Shown piece after piece: positions 54,820 through 64,000 of a DNA stretch of 64,000 nucleotides. A program made the translations under genes and the position numbers. The notes under the pieces are model-generated. The model ran no database searches, was not told the DNA's origin, and saw only the letters and a program-made list of their open reading frames with translations. Position 1 is the first letter of the stretch. Each line of letters starts with the position of its first letter. The stretch comes from Spirochaetia bacterium (lineage in GTDB: Bacteria > Spirochaetota > Spirochaetia > SZUA-6 > Bin103): NCBI GenBank assembly GCA_965208575.1, contig CBDBOV010000002.1, positions 1 through 64,000 on the forward strand, given 5' to 3'.

Positions 54820-56366
54820 ATGGCAGTAACGAATCACGAGCGGGTCGGCAAGCGGGCGTTATCAACAGGCGGAGTTCGCCGCCGATCTGTGGCAGGTGTT
54901 CCTCGGCGATGGATCTGACGAGTATCGCGACCCGGCGGAGTTTTTCCGTCGCACCTACCTGACCACGAGCCTGCGGCAGATGCTGGTCGGTGCGGTGCAG
55001 CGGCTCACCGGGCGGGGCGGCGATCCGGTCGTGCAACTGCAGACCAACTTCGGCGGCGGCAATGCCGGCCGAGCCGCCGGCCGTGTTCGGTGATGGGCTT
55101 CGGCGGCTGGCGACTGCCGCTACGTACCTGTACGAGGACAACGCGCGCTACTGGTTCGCCACCCAGCCCACGGTCACCAAGCTGGCGGAAGATCGAGCCG
55201 AGCAGATGCGGCGCAATCCGGACCGCGTGGTGCTTGAAATCGCCAAACGCGTGCGGGCCGACCTGCGCCAGAAGGGAGACTTCAGCCGGGTGCACCCGTT
55301 GCCGCACTCGGGCCAGGACGTGCCCGACGACATGGACGCACGGCTCGTCGTTGTGGGAATCGAGTACCCGCACAGCCGGGGCGGTGAGAGCCCCGCACTC
55401 AAGCAGGCGCAGGCGATTCTGGAGTCACGCGGCACTGCGCCGCGCATCTACCGCAACACGCTGGTGTTTCTCGCCGCCGACGCCACCCGCCTGCAGGAGC
55501 TCGACGAGGCGGTGCGGCGCTTTCTGGCCTGGGAGTCGATCGTCGCCGATCAGGAGCACCTCAATCTGGCCCCGCAGCAGGTGCGGCAGGCGGAAACGCA
55601 GCGCGAGGTTGCGGCAACCGAGGTGACGACCCGGATTCCCGAGACCTACCGGTGGCTGCTGGTGCCGGGACAGTCCGACCCGCACGGAGCGGCCACGTGG
55701 GAGACCTTGAACCTGACGGGGTCCGACCCGCTTGCGGTTCGTGCATCCCGCCGGCTGCGGGATCAGGACGGACTCCTGACCGCGTACGCCGCGACCCTCT
55801 TGCGAATGGAGCTGGACCGCGTTCCGCTCTGGCGCGGCGATCATGTGTCGGTCTCCCAGCTCGCCGAGGACTTCGCCCGCTACCTCTACCTGCCCCGTCT
55901 CAGGGGACCGGAGGTGCTGCTGCGCACCATCGACGACGGGGTGTCCCTGATCACCTGGGAGCAGGAGACCTTCGCATTCGCCGAGAGCTTCGACGAAGAT
56001 GCCAAACGCTACCGCGCGCTGCGCGTCCAGGATCGGATCAACCTGCCCGACGCAAGTGCTCCGGGAGTGCTCGTCAAGCCCGCGGTGGCCCGGCAGCAAC
56101 TCGATAAGGTAGAGCCCCCGCCGCCGCCACCACCCCCACCGCCGCCGCCGAACGGTGGTGGCAACGGCCCGGGTCCCCCACCACCACCGCCGCCTCGGCT
56201 GCTAAAGCGCTTCCACGGTGCCGTGGCGCTCGACGCCACCCGCGTCGGCCGCGACGCCAGCCAGATTGCCGACGAGGTGATCGCCCATCTCGCCGGGCTG
56301 GTAGGGGCCAACGTGACCGTTACGCTGGAGATAGAGGCCGAGATGCCGGGCGGCGCCCCCGAGCAC
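54820..56366 (+). pseudogene. DUF499-like AAA ATPase with multiple internal deletions
   Basis: MAVTNHERVGK | GRYQQAEFAADLWQV...LQTNFGGG | MPAEPPAVFGD...RNTLVFLAAD...poly-Pro...KRFHG; three pieces in different frames. Confidence 0.8.
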
Positions 56367-57097
56367 GAGAGGAACGTGTACTGGACGATCCGAGCACGTT
56401 GGCGATCAAGGGTCTTGGGCAATTCCGTGAGTTCCCCGTCGTGTCCGAGTTCCGTGGCTTATTGGAGAACTGGCACATTTCCGACTTCCAGATCAGCTCT
56501 GCCCGACAAAGCAGCGACGCGGGACTCTCGGAGCATCTGTCCACACGAGGCGACGACGTCGCTCAGGCCGCGGCATACTTGTATGAGCAACACCCCGATC
56601 GATTCCAACGTATCCTGGAGGTCATGCGCCAACGGGTACCAGGAGTTACCCGCGTAGAAGCCAGAGCGACCGAAGACGGGCGCTTGGTATTGAGGTTTCA
56701 AGACGGCAGCTTTCAGGATCCGTTCATCGCTCGTTACGTTTCTGATGGCACAATAAAGATGTTTGCCTACTTGATCCTCCTGCACGACCCGAAGCCGCAT
56801 CCGGTGTTGGCCGTGGAGGAGCCGGAGAATCAACTCTATCCACGACTTCTGAGTGAACTGGTGGAGGAGTTCCGCGACTATGCACGGCGTGGCGGCCAGG
56901 TATTCGTCTCCACTCACTCACCTGAGTTCATCAACGGCGCAAGTCTCGAAGAGATCTATTGGCTGGAGAAGAAGAATGGCTTTGCCGACGTCCAGCGGGC
57001 TGCTGATCGTGACCTGTTACGCCGATTGATCGACGAGGGAGATCGTCCTGGGGAACTTTGGAAACAGGGCCTGTTCGTGGGAGTGGATCCAGATTGA
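56367..57097 (+). pseudogene. ABC/AAA_21-type ATPase, 5'-truncated
   Basis: Signature VSDGT, Walker B AVEEPEN, STHS; Walker A absent. Confidence 0.8.
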
Positions 57098-57370
57098 GCA
57101 GAGTTGGAAGCGTGGTATCTGGGTGACACGGAGGCTCTCGCTCATGCCTTCGGACATGAGTCGCTCCGAGGGCTGAACCGTAAGGCCAGGTTTCGCGATC
57201 CTGACTCCGTGTCACGACCGTCGGACGCGATCCGTAGACTGGTGCCGGAGTTCCAGAAAGTATCGGGGGCACGACTCATGGCCCAGCATCTGTCGCGCGA
57301 TGGCAACCGGTCACGCAGTTACCAAGTGCTCTTGGAAGGCATTGATGAAATTGGTGGATTCCAGGTGTAG
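57094..57370 (+). pseudogene. DUF4276-like gene with internal deletion
   Basis: Overlapping TTG AGC AGA start jumps directly to ELEAWYLGD...QKVSGAR...NRSRSY. Confidence 0.7.
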
Positions 57371-57455
57371 ACACGCGACTTGCGCGTTTGTAAGAGACAC
57401 AGCCAGAAAGGAATTGTGCTTCGTGGACATCGGCGACATCGACCAGACGTGACTA

Positions 57456-58325
57456 CTAGCGCTGCTTTGCCCAGGGCTGCGGGGTGGTATAGCCCAGCTC
57501 GGCGTAGGGGTCGTCGCCGCGGATCGGCACGACACCGCGGTAGTTCTGTGCGCCGCCCCAGGTGAGCCACGTCGACGCGCTGCAGTAGTGGAAGGTGAGG
57601 GCCGGACGGTGGCTGTCGCTGCGGTTCTTGTGCGAGCTGTGCAGCAGGTAGCCGCTGAAGAACAGGACGCTGCCGGCGGCCATCTGGACCGGGATGGCTC
57701 CGGTGTCGTCGAAGCCGCGCGCGACCGGATTGCTGTCGACGTCCGGCAGGTCGTGGGCGTAGCGTTCGTAGATCACCCCCGACTTGTGGCTGTCCGGCAG
57801 GATCCGCAGGCATCCGTTCGCCACCGTCGCGTCGGCGAGCGCGATCCACACGCCGGTCAGCGAGCGGTCGCGCGTCGGGATCGGGTGCTCGTCCTGGTGC
57901 CACGGGCTGCCGGCGCCGCCCGGAGGCTTGACCACGAACATGCTCTGCATGCACTTGTAGGCGCCGTTCCAGAATGGCACGTAGGCGCCGACGACGTGGT
58001 CGAGGACGCGGCAGATGCCGGAGTGGGTCATGGCGTTGCGGATGACCGCGCTGTAGGCATGCGGCTGCCCCAGGTACATGTGGCGGCCGATGAGCCGTTC
58101 GTCGTCCTCGGGCCAGTCGACCGGCTCGATCCGGTTGCGCCAGGTCACGCCCTCGGCAGGCGAGCGCGAGTAGTCGCCCCGGTTGATCCTGCGCAGCTCA
58201 CGCGTGATCTCGGCGCGCTCGGCCTCGTCCACCAGGCCGGTAACCAGCACGTACCCGCGCTCGATGTAGGCTCTTCTCAATTCGTCGCCCGACGCACGCG
58301 CCGGATCGAACTTCGCGATTGTCAT
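57456..58325 (-). CDS. Phytanoyl-CoA dioxygenase family protein
   Basis: VKPPG..SPWHQD, WIALADAT..NGCL..LPDSH, LLHSS..N...R. Confidence 0.92.
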   Translation of the reverse strand: MTIAKFDPARASGDELRRAYIERGYVLVTGLVDEAERAEITRELRRINRGDYSRSPAEGVTWRNRIEPVDWPEDDERLIGRHMYLGQPHAYSAVIRNAMTHSGICRVLDHVVGAYVPFWNGAYKCMQSMFVVKPPGGAGSPWHQDEHPIPTRDRSLTGVWIALADATVANGCLRILPDSHKSGVIYERYAHDLPDVDSNPVARGFDDTGAIPVQMAAGSVLFFSGYLLHSSHKNRSDSHRPALTFHYCSASTWLTWGGAQNYRGVVPIRGDDPYAELGYTTPQPWAKQR

Positions 58326-58559
58326 CGACTCGCCGCCTCCCGCAACCACACTGCCATGCCCTTGATCCCGCGATGCACCGAGCGCGAATCAGGGCGGCGC
58401 GGTCAGTTCGCCGTTCGGCGCTCGATCGCGACCTTGCCGCAGTCGGCCCGCACGAATCTGACCCGTACGGGTCACGACGGTCAATACACCGCTGACAACC
58501 CATACTGGAAATAAATGTTGCCAGTTGGTCATGGTTCCGGTAAGATGCGTGACCACTAT

Positions 58560-58952
58560 GGCGCCCACCGGACCTACTGCATCGATCACGCCCTGGTCGC
58601 ATCGGTGTCGGCGCAGATACTGATCAACTTCGGCCATCTTCTGGAGAATCTCGTATTCGTGACGCTGCGCCGGAATCACCAGGAGATCTACTACTACAAG
58701 ACCAGGAACGGCCGCGAGGTGGACTTCGTCGTCCCCCGCCGCCGCGCGCGGCCGATGCTGGTGCAGGTGTGCGAGTCGCTGGTAGATCCGGCAACGCGAC
58801 AGCGCGAGACGGCGGCGCTGAACGAAGCAATGCGTGAGCTGGAAGTGACCAGTGGAACGATTGTCACACGCGACGAGCAGGAACTGATCGAGGCCCCGGC
58901 CGGCAGCATCGAGGTGGTGCCGGTCTGGCGTCTCCTGCTCGCTATGGAGTGA
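58560..58952 (+). pseudogene. C-terminal (DUF4143-like) fragment of AAA_14 ATP-binding protein
   Basis: YCIDHAL, GHLLENLVF..LRR, YYKT..GREVDF, QVC; N-terminal ATPase missing. Confidence 0.75.
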
Positions 58953-58975
58953 CACAGACGTTACGATTCATCCGC

Positions 58976-59221
58976 ATGAGGACGATCACTCAGCGCGAGC
59001 TCCGCAACGAGTTGGCGGCCATCCTGCGTGACGTGCAAGCGGGCCGGAGTATGATCGTGACCCGGAGTGGAACCCCGGTCGCGGAGTTGAGGCCTGTGGC
59101 GTTGCGCCGGTTCGTGTCCAGGGCCGCCGTCGCCGAAGCCGCGTCCGCCATGCCGCGGATCGATGCGGCGCGCTTTCGGGCCGACCTGGAGGCGGTAGTT
59201 GATCCGTTCATCCATGGCTGA
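58976..59221 (+). CDS. Phd/YefM-family antitoxin
   Basis: ITQRELRN...L..V..G....VTRSGTPVAELRP. Confidence 0.88.
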   Translation: MRTITQRELRNELAAILRDVQAGRSMIVTRSGTPVAELRPVALRRFVSRAAVAEAASAMPRIDAARFRADLEAVVDPFIHG

Positions 59222-59364
59222 AGCAGGGGTGAATTGAGAGCGGGGATTGCGGGATTGCGGCGAGCGGGTTTGCGGGAGTTTCGCGTGGCGGGGCTGCCCG
59301 GGTGCGCCGGTCTGGGGGCGAGGTGAGCCACCCCGCCGGCGCGGCTTCCAGACCACGCGGCGCC

Positions 59365-61851
59365 ATGCCGCCGGACAGAATGCGCGGCGCAGACCGCCGC
59401 GGCGGGCACCTGGGGTTCATCCTGAACGCCACCTACGCGGTCGAACCCGGCGGCGGCCGCGCGGTGGTGCACCTGTACGGGCGGCTTGCGGACGGGCGCT
59501 CGTTCCTGGTGCGCGACCGCCGCCCGGAGCCCTACTTCTACATCGAGAGCAGCGCCGCCGAGCAGGCACGGGGGCTCGGCGCGCGTAATCTCGACGCCAC
59601 CGACCGGCGCACCCTGCACGGCGCGCCGGTGCATCGCGTCCGCCTGCGCCACCCGGGCGACGCGCCGGCGATGCGCAGCCGCCTGCACCGTGCCGGCATT
59701 GCCACCTACGAGGCGGACGTGCGCTTCGCCTACCGCTACCTGATCGACCGCGGAATCAGGAGTGCGCTGCGTATCCACGGCGCCGCGGTCCCGCTGACCG
59801 GCGCGGTGCCGGCCGCCCCGCGGGAGACGGTGGTGTTCGACGAGCCGGAGGTGGAACCGGCGCGCTGGACGCCGGCGCTGACCACGCTCTCTCTGGACAT
59901 CGAGACCGATCCGGAGGCGAAGCGCCTGCTGTCGGTGGCGCTGTGGGGGTGCGGCGCGCGCGAGGTGCTGCTGCTGTGCCCGGATGCCGCCGCACGCGCC
60001 GCGTGTCCTGCGGATGCCATCCCCTGCGTCAGCGAGGCGGAGTTGTTGACCGTGCTCTGCGAGCGGGTGCGCGCGCTCGATCCGGATGTGGTGACCGGCT
60101 GGAACATCATCGACTTCGACGTGCCGGTGCTGATCCGCCGCGGCGCGGAGCTGAAGGTGCCGCTGGAGCTGGGCCGCGCGCCCGGCGCGGTGCGGCAGCG
60201 CGGAGCGTCGCGCCGCGCCGGCGGTGCCGGCGACGGGGGCAGCGGCGGCAGCCGGCGGCGGTTCAGCGACTCGATCTTCATCCCGGGGCGGGTGGTGCTG
60301 GACGGCATCCGCCTGCTGCGCGCGGTTTCCTACCGGCTGGACAGCTACTCGCTGGACAACGCGGCGCGGGAGATTCTTGGCGAGGGCAAGACGCTCGGCG
60401 GGGCCGACCACGTCGATCAAATCATGCACACCTTCCGCCATGACCCCGAGCGGTTCGTGGAGTACAACCTGACCGATGCGCGCCTGGTGCTCGACATCCT
60501 CGACAAGCTGGACCTGGTGCCGTTCACGGCCGAGCGCAGCGTGCTGACCGGGATGCCGCCCGACCGGGTCGGTTCCTCGATCGCGGCGTTCGACTTCCTC
60601 TACCTGTCGCGGCTGCACGCCCGCGGCGTGGCGGCGCCGACGGTCGGCGTCGAGCGGCGGTTTGGCCATGCCAATGGCAACGGTAGCGAAGATGGTGGCG
60701 GCACCGGCGCGCGACCGGAGCCGATGCACGGCGGCCACATTCTCAAGCCGCGCCCGGGGCTGCACGAGGACGTGCTGCTGTTCGACTTCAAGAGCCTGTA
60801 CCCGAGCATCATCCGCACCTTTCAGATCGATCCGCTCGGCCTGATCCGGGTGGCGGGCGAAGCGCATCGGGCGGCCGGCGGCGAGGTGGTCGAGGCGCCC
60901 AACGGGGCGCGCTTCCGGCGCCGGCGCGGCATCCTGACCGAGCTGCTCGACGAGCTGTTCACCAGCCGCGAGAAGGCCAAGGCGGCCGGCAACACCATCG
61001 CCAGCGACGCCATCAAGGTGCTGATGAACTCGTTCTACGGCGTGCTCGGCACCAGCGCGTGCCGCTTCTCCCATCCGCTGCTCGCCAACGCCATCACCAG
61101 CTTCGGCAAGCACTTCCTGCTGTGGGCGAAGGGCTGGATGGAGCAGCGCGGCCTGACCGTGCTGTACGGCGATACCGACAGCCTGTTCGTGGCCGGCAGC
61201 GGCGGCAGCGGCGGGCCGGCGCTGGCGAAGCGGCTCAATGCCGACCTGGCCGCCTACGTGGCCGCCACCTGGCGGGTGCAGAGCTACCTGGAAATGGAGT
61301 TCGAGACCCGCTACGAACGGCTGCTGCTGCCGAGCGTGCGCGGCGGTGGGCGCGGCGCCACCAAGCGGTACGTGGGGCTGACCGGCGGCAAGCTGCAGTT
61401 CACCGGCATGGAGGTGGTGCGGCGCGACTGGACGGCGCTGGCGCACGAGGTACAGCGCGAGCTGTACCGGCGGTTGTTCGCCGATCAGCCGGTGGAGGAG
61501 TACCTGCGCGCGGTGATTGGCGAGGTGAGCGCGGGGCGGCGCGACGGCCAGCTCGTCTACCACAAGGCGTTGCGCAAGGAGGCGGACGACTACCGCGCGG
61601 CCGCCCCGCACGTGGTGGCCGCGCGCAAGCAGGCCGCCGCCGGACCCGGCGAGGCATCATCCTGGCGCAGCGTGATCGAATACGTGATCACCGTGGAAGG
61701 TCCGGAGCCGGCCGCCGAGCGGGCACACCGGATCGACTACGAGCACTACATCGAGCGCCAGATTCGTCCGGTCGCGGAGCCGGTGCTCGCCATCAGCCGC
61801 CGCGACTTCGGCGAGGTGCGCCGCAACGAGCGCCAGCTCGAACTGTTCTGA
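59365..61851 (+). CDS. polB: DNA polymerase II (family B)
   Basis: ExoI LDIET, GWNIIDFD, YNLTD, DFKSLYPS, KVLMNSFYG, YGDTDS, KRY; C-terminal clamp-binding-like QLELF; start uncertain. Confidence 0.94.
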   Translation: MPPDRMRGADRRGGHLGFILNATYAVEPGGGRAVVHLYGRLADGRSFLVRDRRPEPYFYIESSAAEQARGLGARNLDATDRRTLHGAPVHRVRLRHPGDAPAMRSRLHRAGIATYEADVRFAYRYLIDRGIRSALRIHGAAVPLTGAVPAAPRETVVFDEPEVEPARWTPALTTLSLDIETDPEAKRLLSVALWGCGAREVLLLCPDAAARAACPADAIPCVSEAELLTVLCERVRALDPDVVTGWNIIDFDVPVLIRRGAELKVPLELGRAPGAVRQRGASRRAGGAGDGGSGGSRRRFSDSIFIPGRVVLDGIRLLRAVSYRLDSYSLDNAAREILGEGKTLGGADHVDQIMHTFRHDPERFVEYNLTDARLVLDILDKLDLVPFTAERSVLTGMPPDRVGSSIAAFDFLYLSRLHARGVAAPTVGVERRFGHANGNGSEDGGGTGARPEPMHGGHILKPRPGLHEDVLLFDFKSLYPSIIRTFQIDPLGLIRVAGEAHRAAGGEVVEAPNGARFRRRRGILTELLDELFTSREKAKAAGNTIASDAIKVLMNSFYGVLGTSACRFSHPLLANAITSFGKHFLLWAKGWMEQRGLTVLYGDTDSLFVAGSGGSGGPALAKRLNADLAAYVAATWRVQSYLEMEFETRYERLLLPSVRGGGRGATKRYVGLTGGKLQFTGMEVVRRDWTALAHEVQRELYRRLFADQPVEEYLRAVIGEVSAGRRDGQLVYHKALRKEADDYRAAAPHVVAARKQAAAGPGEASSWRSVIEYVITVEGPEPAAERAHRIDYEHYIERQIRPVAEPVLAISRRDFGEVRRNERQLELF

Positions 61852-61908
61852 ACGCGCCGGGTGCGCGCACGGGGCCGCAAGCGGTCTGCGGCGGCACGAA
61901 TCGAACGG

Positions 61909-61970
61909 TTGACATGCAAGCCAGCGCTTGCATATTATAGGCTCGTGACATGGAAGCAATCACTTGCCTT
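61909..61970 (+). promoter_or_regulatory. Sigma70-like promoter with two ArsR-type operator copies
   Basis: TTGACA-N18-TATTAT enclosing ATGCAAG-N6-CTTGCAT (61914-61933); degenerate second copy ATGGAAG-N6-CTTGCCT at about 61950. Confidence 0.7.
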
Positions 61971-61981
61971 AGACCGGTCGT

Positions 61982-62272
61982 GTGGACGTATATCGCGCGA
62001 TCGCTGACCCAACCAGGCGAGCCATCCTGGATGAACTCGTCGATCGGTCGGGTCAATCGCTCTTCGAACTCTGCGCACGCCTGACCATGAAGCACGGCAT
62101 CAACTCCTCACGGCAGGCGATCACGCAACACCTGGACGTCCTGGAGGCGGCCGGGCTGATTCGCACGAAGCGCGAGGGGAGATCGAAGCTCCATTGGTTC
62201 GAGGGCGGCCCGCTGAAGGCCATCGCGGAGCGTTGGCCGATCTCAACAGATGAAAGAGGTTTTGAAAGATGA
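61982..62272 (+). CDS. ArsR/SmtB family regulator
   Basis: AIADPTRRAIL...SRQAITQHL.VL..AGLI...REGR. Confidence 0.9.
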   Translation: MDVYRAIADPTRRAILDELVDRSGQSLFELCARLTMKHGINSSRQAITQHLDVLEAAGLIRTKREGRSKLHWFEGGPLKAIAERWPISTDERGFER

Positions 62273-62673
62273 GAATACACCTATCGGGTGTCTTCGTAGA
62301 CGACCAACAGAAGGCACTTCGCTTCTACACGGAAACGCTCGGTTTCCAGCTAAAGCACAACATCCCCTTGGGAGATCACGCCTGGATCACCGTTGTATCC
62401 GAGGAAGCTCCAGAGGGGACGGAATTGCTGCTCGAGCCTGATGACCATCCCGCGGTCCGACCGTTCAAGAGGGCGCTCGTGGAGGACGGTATCCCCAGTG
62501 CCTCCTTCGCGGTCGACGACGTCGAAGCCGAACACGAGCGTCTCATGGCAAGAGGTGTGCGATTCGTACAGCCACCAACAGACCTCGGGACTGTCATTGT
62601 CGCGGTATTCGACGATTCGTGCGGCAACTTGATCCAGATCGCAGAGGAGAAACGTCAACCGCGACCATCTTGA
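62269..62673 (+). CDS. VOC/glyoxalase family protein
   Basis: VFVDDQQKALRFYTETLGF...FDDSCGNLIQI. Confidence 0.92.
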   Translation: MRIHLSGVFVDDQQKALRFYTETLGFQLKHNIPLGDHAWITVVSEEAPEGTELLLEPDDHPAVRPFKRALVEDGIPSASFAVDDVEAEHERLMARGVRFVQPPTDLGTVIVAVFDDSCGNLIQIAEEKRQPRPS

Positions 62674-62746
62674 GTCGCCGCGCGACTCGCTACCGCGCCT
62701 GGGCCTGCCAGGGCCAGGTGCCGTAGTCCACCTGTTCTGATCCGAC

Positions 62747-63760
62747 CTAATCCCGGATCCGATCCAGGTGCACGGTTCGGCCGGTGCGGGCCGACTCGGC
62801 GGCGGCGCCCATGACGCGGGCGGTGGCGATGGCGTCGGTGTTGGGGAGCAGGGGCGCGGCGCCGTCGAGCAGGCAGTCGTGGAAGTGGTCGAGGGACGGG
62901 GTGAACGCGCGCACGCCGTTGTTCAGCGTGGCCCGTTCGGTGGCTTGCGGCGTGGTCAGGGTGTAGGCACTCTCCTCGTAGGGGTGGGTGGGTTGCTCGA
63001 TGTGCAGGGAGCCGCCGGAGCCGGCAAGTTGCGCACCGCGCACCGGCATGGCGTCGAAGGTGCCGAACAGGGTGGCCACCACGGCGTCCGGGAACTCCAG
63101 CAGCAGTCCGATGCGGCTGTCGACGCCGCCTTGCCGGGTTTCCCGCCAGGCCGCGGATACCCGGACCGGCTCGGTTCCGGCCGCCCAGCGCGCCACGTCG
63201 ATCAGGTAGCAACCGATGTCGGCGAGTGCGCCGCCGCCCAGATCGGGCTGCCAGCGGATGTTGCCGGGGGGCAGCGGCCCGCCCATGTGCATTGCGACGT
63301 GGCGCAGGTCGCCGATCGCGCCGGCATCGAGCAGGCTGCGCAGGCGCAGCGTCTGCGGGTGATAGCGGAACACCATCGCCTCCATCAGCAGCACGCCGTG
63401 CCGCGCGGCGGCGTCCACCATGCGCTGCGCCGCTTCCGGGCTGGTGGCCAGCGGCTTCTCGCAGAACACGTGCTTGCCGTGCTCCATGGCCCGGATCGCC
63501 CACTCCTCGTGCAGGGAGTTGGGCAGCGGCAGGTACACTGCGTCGACGCGGTCGCTCCACAGCAGGTCGTCGTAGCTGGCGAACACCTCCGGGATCTCCA
63601 GGTCGCGGGCGAACGCCGCCGCCCGCTCGCGGTTGCGGCTCGCCACCCCGGCCAGCTCGCCGCGCGCGGTGGCGCGCAGCGCCGGCGCGAACACCCAGCG
63701 CCCGATCTGCGCGGTGCTGACGATGCCCCACCGCACCTTGTCCGATTTCACTTGCTTCAT
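62747..63760 (-). CDS. Gfo/Idh/MocA oxidoreductase
   Basis: WGIVSTAQIG, PLPNSLH, CEKP, GGGALADIGCY. Confidence 0.93.
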   Translation of the reverse strand: MKQVKSDKVRWGIVSTAQIGRWVFAPALRATARGELAGVASRNRERAAAFARDLEIPEVFASYDDLLWSDRVDAVYLPLPNSLHEEWAIRAMEHGKHVFCEKPLATSPEAAQRMVDAAARHGVLLMEAMVFRYHPQTLRLRSLLDAGAIGDLRHVAMHMGGPLPPGNIRWQPDLGGGALADIGCYLIDVARWAAGTEPVRVSAAWRETRQGGVDSRIGLLLEFPDAVVATLFGTFDAMPVRGAQLAGSGGSLHIEQPTHPYEESAYTLTTPQATERATLNNGVRAFTPSLDHFHDCLLDGAAPLLPNTDAIATARVMGAAAESARTGRTVHLDRIRD

Positions 63761-63837
63761 CGCCCGCTCGCCGCCCCCCGTTCTTTCCGCGCTGCGCTCT
63801 CGTTCACCGGCCCGCGTCCACGGTACAATCGCGCGCC

Positions 63838-64000
63838 ATGAGAATCGTACGCTACGCCAAGGGTGAAACGGTCGGCTACGGCTGTCAACGAGAAGATGGA
63901 TCGATCGTCGCCATTGCCGGCGACCCGCTCGCCGGCAGCGGCCCGCTCGGCCCCGGCGGCCCCGGCGCCTGGTCGGTGACCCGCCGCATCATCGGCGGCG
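63838..64000 (+). CDS. 5' end of a gene, possibly fumarylacetoacetate hydrolase family (partial)
   Basis: MRIVRY...VGYG...IAGDP N-terminus; TACAAT -10-like box just upstream; runs off window. Confidence 0.5.
   Translation, partial: MRIVRYAKGETVGYGCQREDGSIVAIAGDPLAGSGPLGPGGPGAWSVTRRIIGG

Noticed and set aside
59365-61851. Family B polymerase as a casposon, pipolin or phage marker
   Set aside because: It looks like cellular Pol II with a clamp-binding tail; no cas1, integrase, capsid gene or terminal repeats nearby.

Overview
Very GC-rich bacterial window, most likely from a Spirochaetota genome (inferred from a spirochaete-type rsmI-flgM gene pair). A host-associated lifestyle is possible but not demonstrated. 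About 1-39 kb is mostly housekeeping and metabolism: a HEAT-repeat protein, Nudix, an HDAC-family deacetylase, a divergent citrate-synthase-like pair (one HTH-fused), a ferredoxin/FprA/Mrp Fe-S cluster, an arylsulfotransferase-like lipoprotein, sdhCAB, fumC, mdh, folE-folB-folP-folK-SDR, rsmI, flgM, an aldo-keto reductase, a GH29 fucosidase and peptidases. This stretch also holds a stand-alone HNH nuclease gene with an internal 81-bp-periodic palindrome array and a complete DDE IS with 16-bp TIRs and a 5-bp TSD. About 39.3-59.3 kb is an accessory/defence-like island. It opens with an intact five-gene TPR / J-like / GrpE / Hsp70 / Zn-ribbon operon. A string of defence-type genes follows (VapC, 2OG-Fe(II) oxygenase, ATPases, PHP-ATPase, DUF499-like, DUF4276-like), nearly all carrying large deletions. 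One of them is interrupted by an IS110 whose non-coding end contains segments matching its own target and donor sites, as expected of a bridge RNA. polB, an ArsR-VOC pair and an oxidoreductase close the window. No rRNA, tRNA or CRISPR array was recognised. All family assignments come from motif recognition by eye, with no database search.
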